From positions 11,325-75,324 of the forward strand of contig JAGTQE010000005.1 in NCBI GenBank assembly GCA_018396635.1: DNA of 64,000 nucleotides. Direction: 5' to 3'. Under the pieces are notes generated by a model. The model worked only from the letters and a program-made list of their open reading frames with translations. It did not search any database and had not been told where the DNA came from. The translations under genes were made by a program, and so were the position numbers. Below are positions 20,469 through 29,399 of the stretch, piece after piece. How positions within the stretch are numbered: position 1 is the first letter of the stretch; the number at the start of each line of letters is the position of its first letter. Source of the stretch: Candidatus Bathyarchaeota archaeon (lineage in GTDB: Archaea; Thermoproteota; Bathyarchaeia; Bathyarchaeales; DTEX01).

Positions 20469-21530
20469 ATGAATAATTTTGGTGAGATGAGGAGAAAATG
20501 TAGGTTAGTTGAGCAGGGCTTTAAGCCTGGATGCTGTCTAACATATAGTGATGGCGAGTGGAGACCCGCCTGCGAGGTCTCCCTAATCTGGAAGAACAGC
20601 ATACCATACAGGCTGATACACTCCTATGCCCATAAATCCCCAGAGCTATACTTCTCAATATATCAGTCAGGCTGCAACTGGAGCTGCAAGAAATGCCATT
20701 CATGGCGCTTCACAAGATATGCCTCAGGAATATGGATGTCGCCGAAGGATATAGCGAGGATATCCGAGGAATACTTTACGCGTAACAGGGAGAACATTTA
20801 TAGGGAGCCTAGGATCCGCGCAACGAGCTGGCACGCCCACGAGCTTTGCCACGGGTGCGGATCCTGCATTCTAGCCGGGAGTAGATCTAAATATTGTCCA
20901 AATAAGCTCTCATTAAATCAGATAACCCTCCTAGACGACTTAACATGGGGCCCAGCTAGGAATATAATATCTTTTACTGGCGGGGATTTAGCATGCCAGC
21001 CGGAGTTTTATGCCGAGTCTGCTAGGGAGATTAAACGTTTGGGGCTGGATTTATGGGTGCTCTTCGAGACGAATGGTTATGGTCTAACGCCAAGTAACCT
21101 AGAAATGTTTAGAGAAGCCGGGATAGACTCATTCTGGCTTGACATAAAAGCCTACGATGAGAGGGTTCATAGGGAGCTGACGGGAGTATCAAATGAGTGG
21201 ATATTAAAGCTGCCAGCCGAGATAATTGATAGAGGATTCGTTTTGGAGGTCTCAACGGTTTACATCCCTGGATGGGTTGAAAGTGATCAGATAGGGGAGA
21301 TAGCCAAGCTCCTCGCACAAGTAGACTCGGAAATACCATATGCCATAATCGCCTTCATACCCGAATACCAGCTTAGGAGCGTTAGACCACCCACATTCGA
21401 GGAGATGGTTAGGGCCTTTGAGGCTGCTAAAGATGCTGGATTGAAGAATGTTAGGCTTGGGAATCTGGGGATTTTCGTGAGGACGATGGAGGAGTATGAG
21501 GAGCTTATGTCTCTGGAGAAATCTAAGTAA
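20469..21530 (+). CDS. Radical SAM protein (PFL-activating-enzyme-like)
   Basis: GCNWSCKKC, FTGGD, ETNG, DIKA; additional CHGCGSC. Confidence 0.85.
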   Translation: MNNFGEMRRKCRLVEQGFKPGCCLTYSDGEWRPACEVSLIWKNSIPYRLIHSYAHKSPELYFSIYQSGCNWSCKKCHSWRFTRYASGIWMSPKDIARISEEYFTRNRENIYREPRIRATSWHAHELCHGCGSCILAGSRSKYCPNKLSLNQITLLDDLTWGPARNIISFTGGDLACQPEFYAESAREIKRLGLDLWVLFETNGYGLTPSNLEMFREAGIDSFWLDIKAYDERVHRELTGVSNEWILKLPAEIIDRGFVLEVSTVYIPGWVESDQIGEIAKLLAQVDSEIPYAIIAFIPEYQLRSVRPPTFEEMVRAFEAAKDAGLKNVRLGNLGIFVRTMEEYEELMSLEKSK

Positions 21531-21644
21531 AATTGGCACTAAAATGCCGTATCATAAGAAGATATATGCTGTTCACCTGCACATCTGAGTTTTAAGCCTT
21601 GGGAAAACGGCTTCCTAAACGAAAAGCATTAGTGTTCAAGTAGG

Positions 21645-23759
21645 TCAAGATTTAATTCTCTCTTTTGGCATCCATAAGTGTACTTCGCCTAACCATTTGC
21701 CGATGAATGGTTTGCCAACGATCGCTGGCTTCCCATCTACATGTATAAGCCTAGCATCATGGCTCCCAACACCCTCATCGACAACATGGGTTTCAAATCT
21801 CCCATTACCTCGATTAACGAACAAAATTACTTGAGGGTTCTCTGTGAAATCCATTTCAATAACGCATATGTCTGGTAAGCCGTCGCCAGTAAGGTCGGCA
21901 ACTATTAGCGAATGCGGGTCAACTAAATCATTAGCTAAAACGTGTTCTTGCCAAAGTTGGCGGGGATCATTCCTCGCCTTAAACCATGCAACCCGACCCA
22001 TCTCCTTTCGCCCAAAGTATTGAGCGTCGCCCTCGGAGAGCACGATCTCCACTCGTCCATCGCCATCCAGATCTGCGGCTTCAACGAGCGTGCCCACATA
22101 TCCTTCTGCAAACTGGAAGCGCTGCCACTCCTTACATTCATTATCAGATGGTTTAAACCAATAGTTTCCCGCAATAAGCTCCGGTTTACCGTCTCCATCA
22201 ACATCCGCCCACGCAAGCCCTTCGCCCTCCACGTTCTTAGCTATAAAAGAAGCTTGCCACGCTCTTCGCAAGTCATCAACCGGCTTCAACCTTAATATAG
22301 CTCTTTGCCCCTGATTCCAGGTTACTAGCTCACCTCTACCATCAATATTTATCCAAATCTGCGTATGAAACTTATTGGCAAATTTTCCGATGATGTGCCG
22401 CCTCCATTTTTCCGTTGGGTTAGTCGGCTGCTCCCACCACCAAATATATGGGCTTCGCGAGTCGCCACCAGCTATAAAATCTAAGCGTCCATCATTATTT
22501 ACGTCGGCCAAAACTCCGCCTGACTCTAGCATTTCCGCCTCCTCATCGATCACATGCACATTCCAATTATTTGACGTTATTTGTTCGAGCCAGACAAGGG
22601 CATCCTTACCCTTCTGCCTGCTTCCAATAACTACATCCTCTTTTCCATCACTATTAATGTCGCCTACAATACAGATCGTCCGGTTAAGTTGCGGATTAAG
22701 GCGAGCAATAACAATGCGCTGCATTTCGTAAGTAACGCCTTCAGGAGGACATATGCCAACCCACTCAGCAGCCTTGTGGAAGAAAGCCCGCTTGCTTGGC
22801 GTATTTATGAGCCAGTTTGTGGGCGGCGATTGGAAGCCATCCCTATAATTGTTTCGTCCCTGATCGTAGTAACCCCAACTTGCGCCTTCGCTCAACGCTG
22901 CCTCCATATTCCGTAGATCTGTACCATCTTCGTTAAACACAATGGGTTTAGACATGCCAAAAGACTGGAGTCTAGATCTAACAGCTCTCACCATGCTTCT
23001 AATGCGCTCAGGAGTTTGCCCATTTCCATGAAGAAGAACAAAGTCAACAACGCGTAAAATATTGTCAGGCGGTATGACACCGCCGCAGAAGCTTGTTGAT
23101 ACTGGAAGCTCGCCACCACTAACCTCTTTCGCTAAGGAGATTAACTCGACGATACGGTGAGGCTTAATAATCTCATGATCGTAGCCGGGATGATCGCATT
23201 CATTAGCAATCTCTAAGAGAACATTCCTGTAACGGTGTTCCATCAACCAGTTAACCATGTTCTCAACAGCACGCTTAACGGCTGCTTCGTTAAGCAGCCG
23301 CTGATCCTGACCAAAGTAAAATAGCCCTAATATGACCACCATGCCCAGCTCTCGTGCAGCCTCTAAAACCCGCCTAAGCCTATTAATCCAAGAGCTTTTT
23401 AAAGCGCCGTTCTCTTCAAAACCACTTACATGCCAGGGCTGATTGCCAGTGAAGTACTGTGCTTTTGGACCCCCGCACTGCATGTTTATTGTGAAGGCGA
23501 TAACGCCATGCGCCTTATAGAGCGGCAATGCTGCAATAAATTCGTCAGTGTTTCTCTCCGGGTCAAAGTCGTCTCCGTTAGGATAGCGCCATAGACCTCT
23601 AGTCTCAGGGTTCTCATCCTCAAAGAGTGCTTGAACCATGCGGGCGTTTAACAGCATGCCTATAGCTCTTGGATTAACATTATTCACATCAGCGTAAGTA
23701 GGCATATTATTCAAAAGGAAACTTTCACCCTTAATAGAAACTTTCATTCTTAGAATCAA
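21645..23759 (-). CDS. Putative glycoside-hydrolase-like TIM barrel fused to FG-GAP/VCBS repeats
   Basis: EIANE and VFNED motifs in the N-terminal half; repeated DxxxDGxxD motifs (DINSDGKED, DVNNDGRLD, DVDGDGKPE, DLDGDGRVE, DLTGDGLPD). Confidence 0.7.
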   Translation of the reverse strand: MILRMKVSIKGESFLLNNMPTYADVNNVNPRAIGMLLNARMVQALFEDENPETRGLWRYPNGDDFDPERNTDEFIAALPLYKAHGVIAFTINMQCGGPKAQYFTGNQPWHVSGFEENGALKSSWINRLRRVLEAARELGMVVILGLFYFGQDQRLLNEAAVKRAVENMVNWLMEHRYRNVLLEIANECDHPGYDHEIIKPHRIVELISLAKEVSGGELPVSTSFCGGVIPPDNILRVVDFVLLHGNGQTPERIRSMVRAVRSRLQSFGMSKPIVFNEDGTDLRNMEAALSEGASWGYYDQGRNNYRDGFQSPPTNWLINTPSKRAFFHKAAEWVGICPPEGVTYEMQRIVIARLNPQLNRTICIVGDINSDGKEDVVIGSRQKGKDALVWLEQITSNNWNVHVIDEEAEMLESGGVLADVNNDGRLDFIAGGDSRSPYIWWWEQPTNPTEKWRRHIIGKFANKFHTQIWINIDGRGELVTWNQGQRAILRLKPVDDLRRAWQASFIAKNVEGEGLAWADVDGDGKPELIAGNYWFKPSDNECKEWQRFQFAEGYVGTLVEAADLDGDGRVEIVLSEGDAQYFGRKEMGRVAWFKARNDPRQLWQEHVLANDLVDPHSLIVADLTGDGLPDICVIEMDFTENPQVILFVNRGNGRFETHVVDEGVGSHDARLIHVDGKPAIVGKPFIGKWLGEVHLWMPKERIKS

Positions 23760-23871
23760 CCCCGCATATTGCAGTTCACTTAACCTAATATTTTAAGATT
23801 TTTGAGATGTCAGAATTAGATAAATCTTTGGCGTTAGTCAAGCGAAACACGTGATGTTTGGAGCAATTTGT

Positions 23872-23896
23872 TGGAATCAGCGATCCGCTGATTCCA
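23872..23896. terminator. Perfect 11-bp hairpin, possible terminator or 3' boundary element
   Basis: TGGAATCAGCG-ATC-CGCTGATTCCA. Confidence 0.45.
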
Positions 23897-23899
23897 CTT

Positions 23900-23970
23900 A
23901 ATAGTCATCATAAATCAACTTCAGCAATACCCGCTTTCCTCATCGAACCCTCAGACAGCCGCAGTAAATA
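23900..23970 (-). ncRNA. Box C/D-like guide sRNA candidate with permuted box order (sRNA-A)
   Basis: Minus strand: TTTACTGCGGCTGT-CTGA-GGGTTCG-ATGAGGA-AAGCGGGTATTG-CTGA-AGTTGATTT-ATGATGA; AAAGCTTATAT promoter about 25 nt upstream. Confidence 0.75.
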
Positions 23971-24055
23971 AATGCTGCACCATAAGATATAAGCTTTGCT
24001 ATTAAGTTAGGGGCGATATATTTTTAAGATTGGTTTTAAAACAAGATTTCCTGCT

Positions 24056-25441
24056 ATGTCAGGGGAGATTAAGATTAGAGAGGTTGAGACCAGAAGAGTT
24101 GAGGCTAGGCGAATAGGAATCCACAGCCATGTAACAGGCCTCGGATTAGATAAGAACTTAAGGGCTATTGATGTAGCCGATGGCCTTGTTGGACAGAAAG
24201 AGGCTAGGGAAGCTGCCGGCATAATAGTCCACCTGATTAAGCAGGGTAAGAGACCAGGCCATGGCCTACTCCTCGTCGGGCCTCCGGGGACTGGGAAGAC
24301 AGCTATAGCCATTGGCATGGCTAGGGAGCTAGGCCAAGACGTGCCCTTCGTGGCCATATCAGGCTCAGAGATCTATGGGTTAACTATCAGGAAGACCGAG
24401 TTCCTTAGGCAGGCCATTAGGAGGGCTATTGGCGTTAGGATTAAGGAGACTAAAGAGGTTTATGAGGGCGAGGTTGTTGAGTTAGAGGTTGAGAAGGAGC
24501 CATATCCATACAATCCATATATTCAGATCGCAACCGGTGCGCTCATAACTCTAGCGACCAAAGATGAGACTAAGACCCTTGAGGTTGGAGAAAGGATAGC
24601 CAATAAGCTCCTAGAACTGCCAGTGAGGATTGGGGATGTCATAGAGATTGATGCTGAGACTGGATGGATAACTAAGATAGGCAGGGCTGCTGGCAGGGGC
24701 ATAACCTCAAAGGGTAAGACTGGCGAGTACAGAGTTGCCAGAGTCGTTGAGAGGCCAAGCGGGCCTGTTAGGAAGACTAAGACGATAACACACACCGTCA
24801 CCCTACATGACATAGACATAGCAAACATAAGGCTGCATAGAGGCCTACTATTCAGGGAGGAGGAGGTCTCAGACGAGATCAGGCAGAAGGTCGACGAGTA
24901 CGTGAATGATCTCATTAAAGACCATAAAGCTGAGCTTGTTCCAGGAGTACTATTCATCGATGAGGCGCACATGCTGGACGTCGAATCCTTTGCATTCTTA
25001 AGTAGAGCCCTAGAAGAAGAGTTCGCCCCGGTGCTCGTCCTAGCAACGAATAGGGCAATAACGACTGTTAAGGGTACGGATATAAAGTCTCCGCATGGGA
25101 TACCAATAGATATGCTTGATAGGCTGCTCATAGCGAGAACAAGGTTCCCAACAAGAGACGAGATAATGAGGATTCTTGATATAAGGGCTGAAGCCGAGGA
25201 CCTAAAGATATCTAAGGAGGCGCTGGAGATGCTCACGGACATAGGCGAAAAATACTCTCTGAGACACGCATCCCAGCTAATGCTTCCGGCTAAGGCCGTT
25301 GCTGAGGCCATGGGAGACAGCATAGTCGAGCCAAAGCACATAGAGCGCGTAAGATCACTCTTCATAGACACGAGGGAGTCGGTGGAATACTTAAAGAACG
25401 AACTTGCTAAAGACGCCTTCCTAGCAGAATTCTTAAAGTAG
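24056..25441 (+). CDS. TIP49/RuvB-like AAA+ ATPase (TBP-interacting protein)
   Basis: HSHVTGLGLD, GPPGTGKT, VLFIDEAH, SPHGIPIDMLDRL. Confidence 0.93.
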   Translation: MSGEIKIREVETRRVEARRIGIHSHVTGLGLDKNLRAIDVADGLVGQKEAREAAGIIVHLIKQGKRPGHGLLLVGPPGTGKTAIAIGMARELGQDVPFVAISGSEIYGLTIRKTEFLRQAIRRAIGVRIKETKEVYEGEVVELEVEKEPYPYNPYIQIATGALITLATKDETKTLEVGERIANKLLELPVRIGDVIEIDAETGWITKIGRAAGRGITSKGKTGEYRVARVVERPSGPVRKTKTITHTVTLHDIDIANIRLHRGLLFREEEVSDEIRQKVDEYVNDLIKDHKAELVPGVLFIDEAHMLDVESFAFLSRALEEEFAPVLVLATNRAITTVKGTDIKSPHGIPIDMLDRLLIARTRFPTRDEIMRILDIRAEAEDLKISKEALEMLTDIGEKYSLRHASQLMLPAKAVAEAMGDSIVEPKHIERVRSLFIDTRESVEYLKNELAKDAFLAEFLK

Positions 25442-25703
25442 ATACTAAGATACTGTGGGCACTCTAAGGCGAATTTCTGCCGCTAAAATTGGCACTTTAA
25501 AACAAGATTAACCCTCAAATCAATATTTTCCTTTCTCCACCATTGCCCATACTTACGTTAAAAACTAAGCGCTCTTCAAGGCTCATTAAGCTAGCATCCG
25601 CCGTAATTTACAAGAGAACCGCTCGGCAGTCTCTTTTCGGAGACATATTTTATGAGCCTTAAATCAATTCTAGTTTAATAGGAGCTTTGCCAGATTAAAT
25701 AAT

Positions 25704-26927
25704 ATGGAGGCGCTTAGAAAATTTAGGCTTTATTTTTCTAACCTTGGATCAATGTTTGTCTTATTGTGGGTTATGATGTTTATGGTGTGTTTCGCTGATT
25801 CTCTTTGCGGGCCTGTCATCCCATATCTTGTTAGAGAGTTTCTCCTTGATGAAGCAGCGGTTGTTGCTATGATTGGTTTATTGAGCTCTGTATTTAACCT
25901 TGTTAAGACGATAGCCAACGTTCCAGGAGGTATTCTTGGAGATAAAATGAATAGGAGCATGATTGTTCTCATCTCACTTCTCCTTTTGCCAACCTCCTAT
26001 TTGCTTCTCTTCCTTGCGGAGCAGAGCTATTGGATTCTATGCTCATATATTCTCCTCGGAATCTTTTGGGGTCTCTCAATGCCATCCTTAAGTGCCATAA
26101 TTGCCGACATCATCCCCGAAAACATTAGGGGGACGGCTTTCGCCATCTTTAATCTCTCGTGGATTACGAGCCAGACGGTGGCCCCAGTCTTAGGAGGATT
26201 TCTCGCAGACAATTTTTTTATACGTTTCCCATTTATCTCAGCATTACTTCTATCTATAGCAGTAATATCACTCTATTTAAGTTCTATAGGCAAGGTTAAA
26301 GCCGCAGCCTTGCCCGTCAGGTTAAAAAGAGAAATCGGGCGACAGAAAGGCACAATTTCAACAGAACATCTTCGGCTCAACATCCTCCTATTATGTTGTA
26401 TGCGGTTCTTTTCAGGAGTTGGCAATGGAATTCTAATGCCGATAACCACAGCATTCCTAATGTATACCCTTAACACGTCCCCCACAGAAATGGGTTTAGC
26501 ATTTTCAGTAGGTTGGGGTGTTGCTACAGCATTGGCTCAAGTTCCCGGAGGAAAAGCCGCTGACAAGTTGGGGCCTAAGGTAGTCATACTTTTATCTACG
26601 TTAGTAGCCACACCACTTCTTCTGCTCTTACCATTTTCCGTAAACGTTTTTCAATTCATGTTATTTATGGGACTAATATGCTTTATCGGAAACTTATCAT
26701 CCCCCGCATTCTCAGCGTGGATTGCAAACTTAATTGGAACCGAGAGGCGCGGTAAAGGCTACGGATTCACGTCCGCAGCCTCCGGCGCTGGAGCAATAAT
26801 AGGTCCAATTATTGGAAGCCTTACATGGACTCTTTTTGAGCCTAATCACCTCTTACCGTTTGCCTTCGCCCTAATACCATTCCTTCTCATGCTGCCATTC
26901 GTAATCATCCTTAAAAGCAAAGTCTAA
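25704..26927 (+). CDS. MFS transporter
   Basis: About 12 TM; GGILGDKMNR and GGKAADKLGPK loop motifs. Confidence 0.88.
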   Translation: MEALRKFRLYFSNLGSMFVLLWVMMFMVCFADSLCGPVIPYLVREFLLDEAAVVAMIGLLSSVFNLVKTIANVPGGILGDKMNRSMIVLISLLLLPTSYLLLFLAEQSYWILCSYILLGIFWGLSMPSLSAIIADIIPENIRGTAFAIFNLSWITSQTVAPVLGGFLADNFFIRFPFISALLLSIAVISLYLSSIGKVKAAALPVRLKREIGRQKGTISTEHLRLNILLLCCMRFFSGVGNGILMPITTAFLMYTLNTSPTEMGLAFSVGWGVATALAQVPGGKAADKLGPKVVILLSTLVATPLLLLLPFSVNVFQFMLFMGLICFIGNLSSPAFSAWIANLIGTERRGKGYGFTSAASGAGAIIGPIIGSLTWTLFEPNHLLPFAFALIPFLLMLPFVIILKSKV

Positions 26928-27119
26928 AAGAGAATCTCAGAGAATATAGTGCAAGCACATAGGCATTTAAAGTATCCCACCTACTGTTTAAATGGAAAGC
27001 CCAGCTTAGCCTTTTTTAGTGCAGGTATAAGCAAGAAGGGGTAAAGGTTAAAGTACGGGGTAAGCGGATTGAGATAAAATTAATACTTGATTCTAAATAA
27101 ACTTAATCTGGGAGTTAAC

Positions 27120-27461
27120 ATGATCGGCGCTGAGAGACCAGTCTTAATAAGGTTTGATGATCCAGTAGAGTTTTTTAGGACTGTTTCAAGAATCAGCATA
27201 ACGACAGAATCCATCCTATTCCATCAATCAGATACGCTATACACATTTGGAGTCGCTGAGGGCAGAGTCTTCGTCTACTACCTACGCCCAGCAAACCTCC
27301 AAATAAAACCATACGTCGAGTTCGATATGAACTGCGAGCTGAAGTTCTCCGAGAAACCATTTACGCCAGACCCAAGAAAGAAATATTTTGTTATTGTGAA
27401 GCCGATTGAGAGCGACATAATGAGGGATATAGAGGCAAGGGAGAGGTTTAAACCACTATAG
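27120..27461 (+). CDS. Small hypothetical protein
   Basis: ORF with GGAG RBS before ATG 27120; no family recognised with confidence. Confidence 0.6.
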   Translation: MIGAERPVLIRFDDPVEFFRTVSRISITTESILFHQSDTLYTFGVAEGRVFVYYLRPANLQIKPYVEFDMNCELKFSEKPFTPDPRKKYFVIVKPIESDIMRDIEARERFKPL

Positions 27462-27650
27462 AGAATGAAAAGGCCAGCCATAACTAACACCCACAGGCAA
27501 GACCTAGGGAGAGGGCTATCCTGGAAAACAGGCCGTAAAATGCAATAAAAAATGTAATAAAATCACTAAAAACTTCTACTTTCTAACATTAGCGGAATCC
27601 CCTTTAAGGCAGCCACAGCAATCCTTATAGGCTCCAATAAACAATATTAT

Positions 27651-27720
27651 CTGCGCCGCGGGGTACTGAGCTCCACCAGAGATGCTGAAAGCCCAAAGCC
27701 CTGAGGCACCAATGAGGATT
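27651..27720 (+). ncRNA. Box C/D-like guide sRNA candidate with permuted box order (sRNA-B)
   Basis: CTGCGCCGCGGGGTA-CTGA-GCTCCACCAGAG-ATGCTGA-AAGCCCAAAGCC-CTGA-GGCACCA-ATGAGGA; CTTATAG about 25 nt upstream. Confidence 0.7.
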
Positions 27721-27806
27721 CATACTACATTTAAAATTTCTCTTTCTGACAAAAATCCTTAATAAAAGACGAAAACTTAAAATCTAGGCTAGATTATTTT
27801 TAGTTT

Positions 27807-27883
27807 GACCATAGCCGCCTAATCTGAGCTTTAATGCTGAGGGGCACGAGCTACTGAGGAAGCCAATGATGTGCCTCCTCTCA
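27807..27883 (+). ncRNA. Box C/D-like guide sRNA candidate with permuted box order (sRNA-C)
   Basis: GACCATAGCCGCCTAAT-CTGA-GCTTTA-ATGCTGA-GGGGCACGAGCTA-CTGA-GGAAGCCA-ATGATGT-GCCTCCTCTCA; GAAAACTTAAAAT about 25 nt upstream. Confidence 0.7.
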
Positions 27884-27904
27884 ACCTTCCCGCTCTTGAA
27901 AGAT

Positions 27905-29395
27905 TTATGGCCGACTGCTCTGCGCAGCCTCTAAACCCTTCTCTCTTGAGAAGAATAGCCTTGTCTCGCCCATAGCCCTAACATTCAGCGGCTTCACCTT
28001 AGCCACTATTGGAAAATTTCTGACAACATCGCCCAATATGAGGCAGTGGTGTGGCGGCAGATCTCGGACAATAGATACCGTTGTCTCAGCGTCAACCTTA
28101 GCAGCCCTAGAGATAACCTCTAGATCATGCTCGTTAACAAAGTTGAAGAGGAATATGTTGTCAGCCTGCCGATATATGCTCTCCTTTATCGTGTCCGGCT
28201 GATTGGTTATGAACGTTGTGAATATGCCGAAGTGCCTCATCCTTGTAACTATGTCATCCCAGTATGTCTCCCTAAGATATAGATGGGCCTCCTCAGCGAA
28301 AAGGAAGACGGCCCTAATCTTCCATTGGGATAAAAGATCCTGCAGCTTAGCGAGAATATACTCCACAACTATCTGCCGATCCACAGAGGAGGAGTTGCTT
28401 AAATCTATAATTATTGCTCCGCCACCACTTCGTTCAACATTCTGTAATAAACCTTCAAAGTTAACTGACTCATTCACATTGTCTGTGAAGAAGTTTGCGT
28501 GGAGAAGCGTGTAATATCGGGAGAAGAGGGCGTCTTTAACCTGCTGATTGCACTGCCACCTCCTGATGGCTTCACCAATCTCATGAAGCGACAGCATATT
28601 ACGCTCCTCAAGAAAGCGCCAAATGTGCCTAAACTCGCGGGCAGATGTTCCGGGAAGGTTCAGGGCGTGGACAAGTATCTTCATTACTACTGAGAGCCCA
28701 GTCTGCGCTAAAGTGACCTTAAAGTTCTCGCCTGGGACAAGTACATGAACCTTCTCATAGAACTCATTCCTCTCACCATCTAGGTTTAATCCAAGGTTCT
28801 TATATTCGCCATTCAGGTCGAAGACCACAACTGTAGCGCCGTAACTAATTAAGCCTAAAACAAGGATCTTGGATAAATGGGATTTCCCAACGCCCTTTCT
28901 CCCAGTAATAATATTGAGTTTACCATCAAGTATCGAGGCGTCTATTACCATAGGCGTGCCCTCCATAGTTTCGCCTATACTTATCGGATACCTTATTGAC
29001 GCATTAACTATATCCATCAACCTGCCGATGGGCAGCCTACATATCGTCGAGTGGGTTCTAGATGGCAGCCAAGAACTATCCGAACATAGCCCACCATCCT
29101 CAATCGTCCCATGAACCTTGCAGACAAGCAGCCTAGCATCTTGAACATATAAGATGTGCGATGTTATATCAAATGGATCGATATCATCCCCCTTAACAGG
29201 ATCATCTATAAGCGGCTCGCGCAGAAGCTCCTCCATTATCCCCGGAACATTTGCAAATTGAACGTCAATAACTTGGACAATCATAGATCTTCCAGCCCTC
29301 TTATCATCAATAATGAGATAGCACCCCTTCTCAACATCCTCATCCGGAAAACTAATAATATGAATAGTGTTACCAGTCTTCTTATATAGGCGCAT
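27905..29395 (-). CDS. HerA-like ATPase (DUF87)
   Basis: Walker A GRKGVGKS, VFDLNGEY, Walker B FLFAEEAH, TNQP; directly follows NurA. Confidence 0.85.
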   Translation of the reverse strand: MRLYKKTGNTIHIISFPDEDVEKGCYLIIDDKRAGRSMIVQVIDVQFANVPGIMEELLREPLIDDPVKGDDIDPFDITSHILYVQDARLLVCKVHGTIEDGGLCSDSSWLPSRTHSTICRLPIGRLMDIVNASIRYPISIGETMEGTPMVIDASILDGKLNIITGRKGVGKSHLSKILVLGLISYGATVVVFDLNGEYKNLGLNLDGERNEFYEKVHVLVPGENFKVTLAQTGLSVVMKILVHALNLPGTSAREFRHIWRFLEERNMLSLHEIGEAIRRWQCNQQVKDALFSRYYTLLHANFFTDNVNESVNFEGLLQNVERSGGGAIIIDLSNSSSVDRQIVVEYILAKLQDLLSQWKIRAVFLFAEEAHLYLRETYWDDIVTRMRHFGIFTTFITNQPDTIKESIYRQADNIFLFNFVNEHDLEVISRAAKVDAETTVSIVRDLPPHHCLILGDVVRNFPIVAKVKPLNVRAMGETRLFFSREKGLEAAQSSRP

Positions 29396-29399
29396 AGCT

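Noticed and set aside
23876..23943. Reading sRNA-A as a canonical C-D'-C'-D RNA using the CTGA inside the downstream hairpin
   Set aside because: The second guide would be 24 nt and largely buried in an 11-bp hairpin, and it ignores the rRNA-complementary upstream guide and the promoter position. Disfavoured, not excluded.
21528..25496. 13-bp direct repeat TAAAATTGGCACT at about 21528 and 25484
   Set aside because: Short and AT-rich, encloses the housekeeping TIP49 gene, and no integrase or transposase is present; insufficient evidence for a target-site duplication.
27651..27883. TIGR-like or CRISPR-like array interpretation of the C/D box units
   Set aside because: Only two non-contiguous units, each with its own TATA box; guides match rRNA/tRNA; no adjacent Nop-domain effector or cas genes. 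The Nop5 in the window is the ordinary fibrillarin-linked one.
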